Assembly: GCA_963758635.1 (NCBI GenBank)
Contig: CAVWWD010000008.1
Span: 1 to 64,000 of the forward strand
Origin: an uncultured Candidatus Rokubacteria bacterium
GTDB taxonomy: Bacteria; Methylomirabilota; Methylomirabilia; Rokubacteriales; CSP1-6
Direction: 5' to 3'
DNA: 64,000 nucleotides
Position 1 is the first letter of the stretch. Each line of letters starts with the position of its first letter. Below, one piece after another: positions 18,857-30,495 of this stretch. Under the pieces are notes generated by a model that did no database searches, was not told where the DNA came from, and saw only the letters and a program-made list of their open reading frames with translations. A program made the position numbers and the translations under genes.

Positions 18857-19354
18857 GTGTCCGCGCTGTCCCACTCCGTCACCGCGGAGTGCGCGGTGCC
18901 GGCGCGGCGCGCCTACGCGTTCCTGTCGGACGGGCTCGAGGTCGGCCGCTGGGCGCTGGGCTCGTTCGCGGCCCGCCGGGTCGGGCGGAACCTCTTCCGC
19001 GGCCGCTCGCTCTTCGACGGCAGGGAGGTGCTCTACCGGCCGGTGGGCGACGCCGCGCGGCTGATCGTCGACTACCACGTGGGCACGGACGCGCGCGCGC
19101 TGTCGCCCCGCGTGATGGCGCGCGTGGTGCCGGGCGAGGCCACGGGCCGGGGCCGTGACTCGTGCCTGGTGACGCTCGTCGCGTGGCGGGACGCGTCGAT
19201 GACCGACGCGCGCTGGGAGCGCCTGGTCGCCTGCCACGAGGTGGAGATCCGCCTGATCCAGGCGCAGCTCGGACCACGAGGACAACGGTCGACCTCCCCG
19301 ACCGTCGGGCGCCGGAGGCTCGGCGCAGGCGCCCCGACGGCGACAAGGACATGA
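18857..19354 (+). CDS. Hypothetical protein (possibly SRPBCC-like)
   Basis: Translationally coupled on both sides; AYAFLSDGLEVGRWALG...HEVEIRLIQAQL. Confidence 0.6.
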   Translation: MSALSHSVTAECAVPARRAYAFLSDGLEVGRWALGSFAARRVGRNLFRGRSLFDGREVLYRPVGDAARLIVDYHVGTDARALSPRVMARVVPGEATGRGRDSCLVTLVAWRDASMTDARWERLVACHEVEIRLIQAQLGPRGQRSTSPTVGRRRLGAGAPTATRT

Positions 19355-20592
19355 CCATGATCGACCTCGACCACTGCCGCGCGCTCGACGCGCGCGATCC
19401 CCTGCGCGCGGTGCGCGAGCGGTTCGCCCGGCCCGCCGAGGACACCGTGTACCTGGACGGGAACTCGATCGGCGCCATGCCCGCCGACGCGGCGTCGCGG
19501 GTCGAGCGCGTGATGCTCGACGGCTGGCGCGACGCGCGGCGCCGCGGCTGGAACCGCTTCGACTGGCTGGAGAAGCCGTGGCGGCTCGGCGAGGGGCTGG
19601 CCCACATCCTCGGCGCCGGGACGGGCGACGTGGTGTTCTGCGACAACACCACGATCAACCTCTACAAGATCCTCGGCTACGCCTGGCAGCTCGACCGGAC
19701 GCGCCCGGTGATCGTCACCGAGGCGTACAACTTCCCCACCGACATGTACGTCGCGGAGGGGCTCGCGCGCTTCGCGGGCGGCGCCGCCGCGGTCCGCCGC
19801 ATCGACGACCCGGGCGCGCTCGACGCCGCGCTCACCGCGGACGTGGGCGTGCTCTACCTGAGCCACGTGGACTACCGGTCGAGCCGGCGCTGGGACATGG
19901 CGCGGGTCAACGAGCTGGCGCGGGCCCGCGGCATCCTCACGCTGTGGGACTGCTCGCACGCGGCGGGCGCGGTGCCCGTGGACCTCGGCGGCGCCGGGTC
20001 CGACTTCGCGGTGGGCTGCGGCTACAAGTACCTCTGCGGCGGGCCGGGCGCGCCGGCGTGGCTCTACGCGCATCCGCGGCACCAGGATCGGGCGTGGCCC
20101 GTGATCGCCGGCTGGATGGGCCACGCCGACGTGTTCGCGTTCGCGCCGACCTACGAGCCGCTCGCCGGCGTGCGGCGGCACCTGACCGGCACGCCGGGCA
20201 TCATCGCCAACGAGGCGATGGCCGCCGCGGTGGACATCTGGCGCGACGTGACGCGCGAGGACCTGGCCTGGAAGCACCGCTCGCTCTCCGGGCTGACCAT
20301 CGCGCTGCTCGAGCAGGAGTGCGAGAAGTTCGGCGTGCGCGTCACGTCGCCGCGGGAGTACGACGAGCAGGGGGGCCACGTCGGCTGGAGCCACCCCGGC
20401 GCGGGCTCGGTGTGCGAGGCCCTGCTCGAGCATGGTGTCGTCAGCTCCTTCCGGAAGCCGGACGTGATCCGCTTCGGCATCTCGCCGGTCGCGATCAGCC
20501 ACGAGGACGTGTGGGTGGCGGTGGAGCGCGTGCGCCACGTGCTGGACACCGAGGTGTGGCGCGAGCCGCGGTTCGCCAAGGTCTCGGTCTGA
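19351..20592 (+). CDS. kynU: Kynureninase (PLP class V)
   Basis: ALDARDPL, VYLDGNSIG, NFPTDMY, WDCSHAAGAVP, GCGYKYLCGGPG, GWMGH. Confidence 0.85.
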   Translation: MTMIDLDHCRALDARDPLRAVRERFARPAEDTVYLDGNSIGAMPADAASRVERVMLDGWRDARRRGWNRFDWLEKPWRLGEGLAHILGAGTGDVVFCDNTTINLYKILGYAWQLDRTRPVIVTEAYNFPTDMYVAEGLARFAGGAAAVRRIDDPGALDAALTADVGVLYLSHVDYRSSRRWDMARVNELARARGILTLWDCSHAAGAVPVDLGGAGSDFAVGCGYKYLCGGPGAPAWLYAHPRHQDRAWPVIAGWMGHADVFAFAPTYEPLAGVRRHLTGTPGIIANEAMAAAVDIWRDVTREDLAWKHRSLSGLTIALLEQECEKFGVRVTSPREYDEQGGHVGWSHPGAGSVCEALLEHGVVSSFRKPDVIRFGISPVAISHEDVWVAVERVRHVLDTEVWREPRFAKVSV

Positions 20593-20619
20593 TGCGGGCC
20601 CGGCTCGTGAGCCGGTCGT

Positions 20620-20719
20620 GTCTAGCCTCGTGGCCAGTGGGCAGAGCAAGTTGCGCAGGATCGACGGCTGGCGGAAGATCGCCGGTGTGTTGAGCCAGCG
20701 CACGTCGGTGGCGGCGTGA
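20620..20719 (+). mobile_element. C-terminal transposase remnant (IS256-like)
   Basis: Reads LVASGQSKLRRIDGWRKIAGVLSQRTSVAA*; family assignment from recall only. Confidence 0.4.
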
Positions 20720-21699
20720 TGATCAGGCGCCCTACGCTCGCAGTCGCCCTCGCTCTCGGCTTCCTCGCCGCGCCGCTTGCCGCCGAGGCTCAGCAGGCGG
20801 CCAAGGTCGCTCGCATAGGCTGGGTGGGCGGCGGGACCGCTTGCGCCCGCGAGTGCGAGGCCTTCCGCCAAGGACTGCGTGATCTCGGTTATGTCGAGGG
20901 CCGCGACGTTGTGATCGAATACCGAGATTACGGGGGGAAGCTCGAGCGGCTCCCCGCTGTCGTGACCGACCTCGTTGCACTCAAGGTTGATGTCATCGTG
21001 GTCCAAAACACACCCGCCGCCCTCGCCGCCAAGCAAGCGACCACGACCCTTCCCATCGTCTTCACTTCTGTTGGTGATCCGGTTGGGACCGGACTCGTCA
21101 CCAGCCTTCGGCGGCCGGGCGGCAATGTCACGGGCTTCTCCGTTGTCGCGCAAGACCTCGTCGGCAAGTTGCTGGAACTGCTCAAGCAGGCCGTTCCGGA
21201 TGTGAGTCGGGTCGCCCTTCTCGTGAACGCAAACGACCGTTCCAAGAACGACAGACTCAAGGCCGCGGCTGTCGCGGCGCGGGCGCTGGGGGTGCAGCTT
21301 CAAGTCGTGGAGGCGCGAAGTCCCGCCGAGTTCGACAGGGCCTTCTCGGACATGACCAGGGCGCGCGCGGGTGCTCTGGCGGTGATGCCAACCCCCATGT
21401 TCACCAGTGAGCGAAGACGCCTCGTGGACCTGGCGGCAACGAACCGGCTGCCGACGATGTTCCCATACAGCATGTTTGTCGATGCCGGGGGCCTGATGGC
21501 CTATGGACCGAACCTTGTTGACTTGTCTCGGCGCGCCGCTACCTACGTGGACAAGATCCTGAAGGGCGCGAAGCCCGGCGACCTGCCCGTCGAGGAGCCG
21601 ACGAAGTTCGAGCTGGTGATCAACCTCAAGACCGCCAAGGCGCTCGGCCTGACGATCCCGCAGTCGCTGCTGCTGCGGGCGGATCACGTCATTGAATGA
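20716..21699 (+). CDS. Orphan ABC substrate-binding protein (PF04392 ABC_sub_bind type)
   Basis: AEAQQAAKVARIG, GLRDLGYVEGR, DPVGTGLVTSLRRPGGNVTG, AATYVDKILKGAKPGDLPVEEPTKFELVINLKTAKALG. Confidence 0.92.
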   Translation: MMIRRPTLAVALALGFLAAPLAAEAQQAAKVARIGWVGGGTACARECEAFRQGLRDLGYVEGRDVVIEYRDYGGKLERLPAVVTDLVALKVDVIVVQNTPAALAAKQATTTLPIVFTSVGDPVGTGLVTSLRRPGGNVTGFSVVAQDLVGKLLELLKQAVPDVSRVALLVNANDRSKNDRLKAAAVAARALGVQLQVVEARSPAEFDRAFSDMTRARAGALAVMPTPMFTSERRRLVDLAATNRLPTMFPYSMFVDAGGLMAYGPNLVDLSRRAATYVDKILKGAKPGDLPVEEPTKFELVINLKTAKALGLTIPQSLLLRADHVIE

Positions 21700-21742
21700 C
21701 CGGAAGCGGCGCCGCTATTTCCACCGCAATCGGGACACCACC

Positions 21743-21820
21743 CGTGAGCCCCGCGCATTAGACTGATGCCGAGCGGTGGGACTGTGGAGGCCCGTGGCGG
21801 TTACCGCATTCTGCAAGGGC
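21743..21820 (+). repeat. ~80-bp dispersed repeat, copy 1 of 4
   Basis: cgtgagcc..agact.atgccgagcggtggga.t.t.gaggcccgtggcggt.accg.attctgc.aggg, also at 52382, 54288 (reverse) and 61637. Confidence 0.9.
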
Positions 21821-23878
21821 GCCTGGCCGCCGACATCGGCGGCACCTTCACCAACGTCGTCCTCGAGAGCCCCGCCGGCCGCGAGACCGTGAAGGTGCTG
21901 ACGACGCCGGCGCCCGAGGTGGGCGTGCTCGAGGGCGTCCGGCGGGTCCTCGCCGCCGCCGGGCTGCCGCCGTCGGAGGTCTCGGTCTTCGTCCACGGCA
22001 CGACGCTCGCCACCAACGCGCTGATCGAGCGGAAGGGCGCCCGGACCGCCTTCGTCACCACCGAGGGGATGCGCGACATCCTCGAGATGGGCTACGAGAA
22101 GCGCTTCGAGCAGTACGACGTCTACATGGAGCGCCCGCTCCCGCTCGTCCCCCGGCCCTTGCGCTTCACCGTGCCCGGCCGGCGCGACGGCCGGGGGCGC
22201 GTGCTGCGGGACCTGGACGAGGCGGCGGTCGCCGCCGTCGGCGAGCGCCTGCGCGCGGCCGAGGTGGACGCGGTGGCCATCGGCTTCATGCACGCGTACG
22301 CCTGGCCGGAGCACGAGCAGCGCGCCGCCCGCATTCTCCGCGCGGCGCTGCCCGGCCGCGTCACGATCTGCCTGTCCAGCGAGGTCTGCCCGGAGATCCG
22401 GGAGTACGAGCGCTTCTCCACCACCTGCGCCAACGCCTACGTGCGGCCGATGATGGAAGGGTACCTGGTGCGCCTGCGCGCCGAGCTGGACGCGCTCGGC
22501 ATGGCGTGCCCGCTGCTCCTCATGATGTCGGGCGGGGGCCTCACCACGCTCGAGATCGCGGCGCGGTTCCCGGTGCGCCTCGTGGAGTCCGGGCCGGCCG
22601 GCGGCGCGCTCCTGTCGTCGTGGATCGCGCGGGAGCGCGATCTCCACCGCGTGCTCTCGTTCGACATGGGCGGCACCACCGCCAAGATCTGCCTCATCGA
22701 CCAGGGGGAGCCGGAGCGGGCGCGCTCGTTCGAGGTCGCGCGCGCCTACCGCAACGTGAAGGGCAGCGGGCTGCCCGTCCGGGTGCCGGTGATCGAGATG
22801 GTCGAGATCGGCGCGGGCGGCGGCTCCATCGCGCGCGTGGACCGGATGCGCCGCATCACGGTGGGGCCGGACAGCGCGGGCGCCGACCCGGCCCGGCGTC
22901 GTACGGGCGAGGCGGGAGCGCGGCCACCGTGACCGACGCCGACCTCGCGCTGGGCCGGATCGACCCGCTCCGGTTCGCCGACGGCACGCTCGCCCTCGAC
23001 GCCGGGGCCGCCGACCGCGCGCTCGAGACCCACGTGGGCGGCCCGCTCGGCCTCGCGGCGCCGTGGCACGCGGCGGGCGTGTCCGAGATCGTCGAGGAGA
23101 ACATGGCCAACGCCGCGCGCGTGCACGCGATCGAGCGCGGCCGGGTGATCGGCCGCTACACGATGATCGCGTTCGGCGGCGGCGCGCCGCTCCACGCCGG
23201 GCGCCTCGCCGAGAAGCTCGGCGTGCGCCGCGTGGTCGTGCCCGAGGGGGCGAGCGTGGGCTCGGCGATCGGCTTCCTGCGCGCCCCCGTCTCGTTCCAG
23301 GTGGTGCGGAGCCATCGCGCCACGCTGTCCGCGTTCGATGCGCCGGCCGCGAACGGGCTCCTCGACGCCTGCGCGGCCACCGCCGCCGGCGTCGTGCGCC
23401 GCGCCGTCCCCGACGGCGCCCTCGCCGTGCGCCGCGTGGTCGACGTCCGCTACATCGGCCAGGGGCACGAGCTGCAGCTCGCCCTGCCCGACGGCCCGCT
23501 CGGCCCCGAGGACGCCCGCGCCCTGCGCGCCCGGTTCGAGGAGCTGTACGGCTCGATCTACGGCGTGACCATGCCCGGCCAGGACGTCGAGGTCGTCACG
23601 TGGTCGGTCACGGTCGCCGCGCCGTCCGACGCGCCGGCCCCGGCCAAGCCGGTTCAGCGGCACGCCGCGCCCCCGCCGCGCGGCCGCCGCAGCGTGTACG
23701 AGCCCGCGCTCGGGCGCATGACCGAGTTCTCCGTGTACCGGCGCGAGGACCTGGATCCGGGGAGCGCGCTCGACGGCCCCGCGCTGATCGAGGAGGGCCA
23801 GACCACGACCGTCGTGCCCGCGAGCTTCACGCTCGCCGTGGACGGCGCCGGGTACCTCGTCATGGAGAGCCGCGATGA
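21766..23878 (+). CDS. Hydantoinase/oxoprolinase subunit A (frameshift near 22895)
   Basis: DIGGTFT, HGTTLATNALIERKG, ESGPAGG, DMGGTTAK, EIGAGGGSIA, TVTDADLALG, AFGGGAPLHA. Confidence 0.9.
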
Positions 23879-25543
23879 ATGAGGCGCTGAAGCGCATTCA
23901 CATGCAGGTGATGTGGAACCGGCTCATCGCCGTGGTCGAGGAGCAGGCGCAGGCCCTGCTGCACACGGCGTTCGGCGCCATCACGCGCGAGGCGGGCGAC
24001 CTCTCGGCCGGCGTGTACGACACCGGGGGCCGCATGCTCGCCCAGGCGGTGACGGGCACGCCCGGCCACGTCAACACCATGGCCGCGGCGGTGCGCCACT
24101 TCCTGGACCGCTTCCCGATGGCGACGCTGCGGCCGGGCGACGTGCTCGTCACGAACGACCCCTGGTTCGGCACCGGCCACCTGTTCGACTTCGTGGTCGT
24201 GACCCCGGTGTTTCGCGACGGCCGCCCGGTGGGCCTCTTCGCCTCCACGTGCCACACGCCGGACGTGGGCGGGGTGGGCTTCTCGGCGGAGGCGCGCTCG
24301 GTCTACGAGGAGGGCACCTGCATCCCCCACCTGCGCCTGCGCGAGCAGGGGGTGGTGGACGAGAAGGTGTTCGCCATCATCATGGCGAACTCCCGGAACC
24401 CGATCGAGGCGCGCGGCGACCTCCTCTCGCTCGATCGCGTGCAACGACGTGGGCGCGGCCCGCCTCGCCGACATGATGCGCGAGTTCGACCTGGACGCGA
24501 TCGACGAGCTGGCCCGCCACATCCTCGACACCTCGCGCGAGGCCACGCGCGAGGCCATCCGCCGGCTGCCCCGCGGCCGCTACCGGACCGCGATGACGCT
24601 CGACGGCTACGAGTCGCCGATCGAGCTCCGCGCGTGCCTCGACATCGGCGACGGCGAGATCACCGTGGACTTCGCGGGCAGCTCGCCGCTGTCGGCGCGC
24701 GGCATCAACTCGCCGCGGTGCTACACGGAGGCCTACTCCGTGTTCGGCCTCAAGTGCATCGTCGCCCCCGCGATCCCGAACAACGCCGGCTCGCTCGAGC
24801 CGTTCGCCGTCCTCGTCGAGGACGGGAAGCTGCGTGGCGCCGCTCCGGCCCGCGCCCGTCACCGCGCGGCACGTGATCGGGCAGATGCTGCCCGACCTGA
24901 TGTTCGGCGCCCTCGCGCAGGCGCTCGACGGGCGCGTTCCGGCGGAGAGCGCGGGCTCGATCTGGGTGCTGCCCATGGCGGGGCAGCGCGCCGGGGGCCG
25001 GGCGTTCAACGTGATGAACGTGGGGCTGGGCGGGACGGGGGCGCGGCCGGGCAAGGACGGGCTCAACACCACCGCGTTCCCGAGCGGCGTCGGCGTGGTG
25101 CCGGTGGAGATCACGGAGATCGAGTCGCCGCTCGTGTTCTGGGTGAAGGAGTACCTGCCGGACTCCGGCGGCGCCGGGCGAGTTCCGCGGCGGGCTCGGG
25201 CAGCGCATCGAGATCGGCAACAGCGAGGCCGAGCCCTTCACCGTGGGCGCGGGCACGTTCGACCGCATGCGGAATCCCGCCGGCGGGCGCTCCGGCGGAC
25301 GACCGGGACGAAACGGCGCCGCGCGCCTCGGGTCCGGGACCGCGCTCGTCACGAAGGCGGTGCACACCGTGCCCGCGGGCGACCGGCTCGTGGTCGAGCT
25401 GCCGGGCGGCGGCGGGGTGGGGGACCCGGCGCGGCGGGCGCCGCGATCGCGTCGCCGCGGACGTGGCGTCCGGGCTGGTCAGCGCGGACGGCGCCGCGCG
25501 GGACTACGGCGGCGCGGGCGGGGCCGGCGCGCGGGGGGCGTGA
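23875..25543 (+). CDS. Hydantoinase B/oxoprolinase subunit B (several frameshifts)
   Basis: MWNRLIAVVEEQ, REAGDLSAGVYD, NDPWFGTGHLFD, VPAESAG, ELPGGGGVGDP across ORFs 23875, 24449, 24834 and 25243. Confidence 0.85.
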
Positions 25544-25934
25544 GCGCCGTCACCTCGATCTCGACCCGGGCCTCCGCCACGGCGAGCGGCGCGCACACGG
25601 TGGTGTTCGCGGGGCGCGCGGCGCCCAGGCGCTCCTTGAGGACGGCGGACACCGCGGCCACGTCGGCCCGATCCGGCACGTAGACGCGGACGCGGACCAC
25701 GTCGCCGAGCGCGGCGCCGGCCTCGCCGAGCGCGCGCTCGATGATGTCGAGGGCCACGCGGGCCTGCCCGTCCGCGGTGGGCGGCCACGTGGCCGTGCGC
25801 GCGTCGTAGCCCACCGTGCCGGACACGAAGACCCAGCGGCCGTCGACCACGGCGCGGGAGTAGCCGGCGAGCGCCTCCCAGGGCGATCCGCTGGAGACGA
25901 ACCGGCGCGGGCGAGCACGTGGGCGCTCGGGCAT
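25479..25934 (-). CDS. RidA/YjgF family protein
   Basis: SSGSPWEALAGYSRAVVDGRWVFVSGTVG...DVVRVRVYV...RPANT...VEIEVTA. Confidence 0.88.
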   Translation of the reverse strand: MPERPRARPRRFVSSGSPWEALAGYSRAVVDGRWVFVSGTVGYDARTATWPPTADGQARVALDIIERALGEAGAALGDVVRVRVYVPDRADVAAVSAVLKERLGAARPANTTVCAPLAVAEARVEIEVTALTPPARRPRPRRRSPARRRPR

Positions 25935-26009
25935 GGCCGGGAAAGGGTAACATCGGGCCACGGCCGCGCGGCGATTCGCTCGCGGGCTGACGCACACCAG
26001 GAGGACCAC

Positions 26010-27110
26010 ATGGCGGACAGGATTCGCGTGGGCATCGTCGGGGCAACCGTCACGCAGGGCGGCAGCGGCTGGGGGGCGCACGCGCACGTTCCCGCCCTGA
26101 AGGCGCTGCCGGGCTACGAGCTGAAGGCCGTCTGCACGTCGCGCGAGGACACCGCCAAGGCGTCGGCGGCCGCGTTCGGCGCCGGGCTCGCGTTCCATCG
26201 CTTCGAGGACATGGCGGCGCATCGCGACGTGGACGTGATCGTCGTGTGCGTGCGCGTGCCGGGCCACCGCGCCCTGGTCATGGCCGGGCTCGAGGCCGGC
26301 AAGCCCGTGGTCTGCGAGTGGCCGCTCGGCGCCAACCTCGCCGAGGGCGAGGAGATGGCCGGCCTCGCGCGCAAGCGATCGCTAGGACGGTGGTGGGTCT
26401 CCAGGCGCGGAGCGACCCCGCGATCCTGTACGCGCGGGACCTGGTCCAGAGCGGGCACATCGGCCCCGTGCTGACCGCCACTCTCATCACCACCGCCCAG
26501 GCGCAGCTCCAGCGGGGCCCCGGCCGCATCTGGCAGGGCGACCGCAAGAACGGCGCCAACACGCTCACCATCGCCGGCGGGCACGCGATCGACGCGCTCT
26601 GCGCGGTGCTCGGGGAGTTCGCCGAGGTCTCGGCCCGCGCTGTCCACCCGGATCCCCGAGTGGCGCGACATGGAGGGCAAGGCCGTGCCCGTGGACGCGC
26701 CGGACAGCATCAACGTGGTCGGCCGGCTGACGGGCGGGGCGGAGGTGACGGTGAGCGTGGCCGCCGTGCCGTCGAATCCCGGCGGCAACCGCCTGGAGAT
26801 CTACGGGCGCGAGGGCGCGCTGGTCGTGCGGGCCGACGGCTCGCTCAACATCGGCCCGAGCCAGGTGCTCGCGGGCAAGGGCAAGGAGCCCATGGCGCCC
26901 ATGCCGATCCCCGCGAAGTACCGGATGGCGCCCGAGTCCACGCCCGGCGGTCAGCCGTACAACGTCGCCCAGGCGTACGTACGCTCGGCCGAGGCGCTCC
27001 GCGGCGGCCCGGCCTTCGACGTCGATTTCGAGCTCGCCGTGCGGCGCCACAAGCTGATCGACGCGATCGAGCGGTCGTCCGCGACCGGCCGGTCCGTCAC
27101 GCTGGGCTAG
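26010..27110 (+). CDS. Gfo/Idh/MocA family oxidoreductase (two frameshifts)
   Basis: IRVGIVGA, AHVPAL, VRVPGH, CEWPLG, LTIAGGHAID, IDAIERS; RBS aggagg. Confidence 0.88.
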
Positions 27111-27187
27111 CACGGCCTATTCATGACCGGGCGCAGCGGACCGCGCGCTGTTCGGGTCCGCCTCCAATCGCGAGTGATGCGGCTAGC

Positions 27188-27196
27188 TGTTAGAAT
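27188..27196 (+). promoter_or_regulatory. Extended -10 element upstream of the transketolase-like gene
   Basis: TG-T-TAGAAT; RBS ggaggt precedes the ATG at 27236. Confidence 0.4.
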
Positions 27197-27235
27197 GCCC
27201 GAGCCAGTCAATCGCCTGGGAGGTGGGATCGGACG

Positions 27236-29718
27236 ATGAACGCTGCGGAGCGCCGGCGCCTGGAAGACGTGGGCTACATGACCTGCATGACCCTCACGCT
27301 GCTCGGCAACTACGCGCAGACCGGGCACTTCGGGGGCCCTCTGGCGTACACGCCGTTCAACGTGGCCGCGCACCTGGCGGGGCCGGATCGGGGCGGGCTC
27401 CGCTACGACTACCGGCGGCCCAAGCATCCCTACGGCGACAAGTTCATGCTCGCCGCCGGCCATTGCGCGCCGACCTGCTACTCCCTCTGGATGATCCTGG
27501 GCGAGGCGCTCTACCGGAAGCACAAGGCTACGGGTGACGCGCGCTACCGCGTCGCCCCCGACGTGGCGATGCTGCCCGTCGATGCGCTCGGGTTCCGGCG
27601 CGGCGCCGGGCGCCCTGAAGACGCTCCTGTCCGACCAGAAGCTCGCCGACGATCCCGCTGTTCGCCCAGGCCAGGGGACGCGGCATCCGCGCGCTGGCCG
27701 GCCACATCGAGAGCACCGACCTCACCAACGACGTGAACGGCGGCCCGTCCGGCATCGGCATCGCCACCGCCGCGGGCAAGGCCGCGTTCTGGGACGTCGT
27801 GGGCGCGCCCATGGGCACGCCCAAGATCATCGCCTTCGAGGGCGAGTTCGCGATGACCGAGGGCCATGCGCAGGAGGTCAAGACGCAGGCCATCGCCTTC
27901 CAGGTCGGCAAGCGGCTCCGGATCTTCCTCTCCAACAACAACGCAGGCATCGACGACTCGCTGCTGGGCGGCGTCGTGCACGGCAAGTTCAAGGACTATC
28001 GCCTCGCCGACCAGTGGGCCGCGTACGGCTGGAACGTCTTCACGCTCCCCGACGGGCACGACTACGACCAGATCGTGGACGTGATGAAGACCATGGAGGA
28101 CTGGGACCCGGCCGACCGGCGCCCGATGATCGTGATCGGCGCCACGACCAAGGGCTACTGGCCGGGCGCGGTGAACGGCAAGATTCCCGGCGCCGGCGAC
28201 CAGGTCGTGGGCTACCCGAGCCATCCGTACGCGATGAAGATGAACTCGGAGTACTTCGTGGCCCTGGCCACAACCTTCGAGCAGCACTACGGCGTGGAGT
28301 TCGCCGGCATCCGCAAGGGGCCGGTGACCGATCCGCGCGAGCGGCTCGTGCAGTTCAAGACCAACATCGACGTGGTCATGTCCGTGCTCGACCGGGACGG
28401 GCTCGGGGACTGGATCGCCGACCGGCTCGTCGCCATCGGGGACACCGTCAAGGACGAGATCCCGCTCCGCATCGACGCGCGGCGCGACCCGTTCCTCGAC
28501 GAGCGCCTCCGCGTCGCCAACCTGCCCGAGGAGCCGCAGACGCTCACGGTGAAGAACGAGGTCTCCGGCGCGGAGAAGACGCTCAAGATCGCGCTGTTCC
28601 GCAAGGCGGGGGAGGTCGCGGGGGCGCGCCGCGCCATCTCCGAGATCGTCAAGTGGTCCAACCACGTGACGGGCAACCGCGTGCTGACGCTGGCCGCCGA
28701 CCTGTCGGAGTCCGTCAACCTCGAGCACGGCAGCATCTGGGGCCACTACGATCCCGACGCCAACCCGCTCGGGACCCGGATCAAGGCGGCGATCCAGGAG
28801 GCGGGCAACGTGTCGAGCGCGATCGGCCTGGTCGGCCAGAGCGCGTCCGTGGATCCCGACCGCTTCGCGGGGGTGTGGGCGTGGAGCGGCACCTACGGCG
28901 CCTTCACGCCGCTGATGTACACGCCGGCGCGCGTGTGGAGCCAGCAGAACCAGGACAGCAAGTTCCGGACCGGCGTGCTCCACGTCCTCGCCGGGCACTC
29001 GGGGCCGGAGACCGCCGCCGACGCGCGCACGCACTTCGGGATCTTCGCGCCCCAGGTGTGGAAGCTCTTCCCGCGCGACCAGGTCATCAACCTGAGCTTC
29101 TGGGACTACAACGACGTGGCCCCGGGCTACTTCGCGGCCGCGGAGATCGCGGCGCGCGAGAAGAAGGTGGGGCTCATCGTCGTCGAGGTCGCGCGGCCCG
29201 ACTTCAAGGTGGCCGATCGCGCCACGTTCGCCGACACCGACCTGCGCGCGGCGGCCAAGGGCCTGTACGTCATCCGCGACTTCGCGCCCGGGCCGCGCCA
29301 CGGCTACGTCGTGGCCCAGGGATCGAGCTCCACGTTCAACCTGGTGAGCGCGCTGCCTCGCCTCGAGGCCGCCGGCGTCAACGTGAAGGTGATCGCGGCG
29401 ATCAGCGAGGAGCTGTTCGATCGCCAGCCCGAGGCCTACCGGAACGCGGTGCTGCCGCCGGAGGCGCGCCAGGACCTGATGTTCGTGATGAGCGGGACGC
29501 GCCGGATGTGGCCGCTCAGGAACGTGGGCCCGCTGACCGACGCCTACTCGCTCACCGCGGACTGGGGCGACCACTGGCTCACCGGCGGGATGGAGGCCGA
29601 CGTGATCGCCGAGGCGCACCTCGACGCCGACTCGATCGTGGCCGGGGTGGAGCGCTTCGCCCGGGAGCGCGCGGCGCGCCTCGCGCAGCAACGCGCGATG
29701 CTCGAGGCCCTCGGCTAA
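27236..29718 (+). CDS. Transketolase-like ThDP enzyme (frameshifts near 27610-27660)
   Basis: GHFGG, DKFMLAAGH, GHIE, EGEF..EG...NNN, AYGWNV..DGHD, TTKG, ADLSES, IQEAG, HSGPETAADARTH. Confidence 0.8.
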
Positions 29719-29740
29719 TTAGAGAGCCGGCGAAGGACTC

Positions 29741-29844
29741 GCAGGCGGCTCAAGGGCCCGATCGAGGCGGCGCCGACGGCCGCGCGAGCGTCTCGATGCG
29801 CGAGGCTCGAGAGCGAACGCGCAGTGCCCTTTTCAGCCGCCTGC
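29741..29844. repeat. MITE/REP-like element with terminal inverted repeats
   Basis: gcaggcggctcaagggc ... gcccttttcagccgcctgc, lying between convergent genes. Confidence 0.6.
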
Positions 29845-29848
29845 GGCG

Positions 29849-30412
29849 TCACGGCCGGCGCCGGTGAAGGGCCAGGCGCTCGCTGGCGGCCTTCAGCCGG
29901 AACCCGAGCGCGACCATCAGGATGCCTGCGGCGATCGAGAAGGCGCCGATGACCCAGAGGAGCGCGATCGCGCCGGCGCCGGGCGCGGTCAGCAGGAAGA
30001 TCCCGAGGAGGATGGACAGGGCGCCGCTCGCCGCGAGCAGCCATTCGTTGTCGATCTCCTTGCGGAGCGCGACGGCGGCGACGATCTCGAACACGCCCCG
30101 CACGATGGCCCATCCCGCGATCACGTAGACGAGCACGAGCGCGGTCAGCCCTGGCCAGAGGAACGTCAGGACTCCGGCCGCGATGGCGGCGAGGCCGGCG
30201 AGCAGCATGCCCCACGGGAAGTCGCCGGGCTGCCGGCTCGCCACCGCGGCGACGACGGCGAGGACGCCGTCGGCCAGCGCGTAGGCCCCGTACAGGAGGA
30301 TCAGCACGGCCAGCGTGATGCCCGGCCAGGCGAAGGCGGCGAGACCGAAGAGGATCGCCGCCACCCCTCGCAGCACGACCACCCACCAGTTCCGAGCCAG
30401 GGTCCGCATCAT
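29849..30412 (-). CDS. HdeD/DUF308 family membrane protein
   Basis: LARNWWVVVLRGVAAILFGLAAFAWPGITL...LRKEIDNEWLL. Confidence 0.9.
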   Translation of the reverse strand: MMRTLARNWWVVVLRGVAAILFGLAAFAWPGITLAVLILLYGAYALADGVLAVVAAVASRQPGDFPWGMLLAGLAAIAAGVLTFLWPGLTALVLVYVIAGWAIVRGVFEIVAAVALRKEIDNEWLLAASGALSILLGIFLLTAPGAGAIALLWVIGAFSIAAGILMVALGFRLKAASERLALHRRRP

Positions 30413-30495
30413 GGCGAGGCACCTCCACACGCGAGACTCATCGGACGGACGGCGCCGGGCAATCGGACTTTCGGCCTACGGCGCGCGTCGTGGGG

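Noticed and set aside
19072..21687. 871-aa minus-strand ORF and similar long antisense ORFs (e.g. 27544..29691, 44736..46970)
   Set aside because: Shadow ORFs of recognisable opposite-strand genes in high-GC DNA
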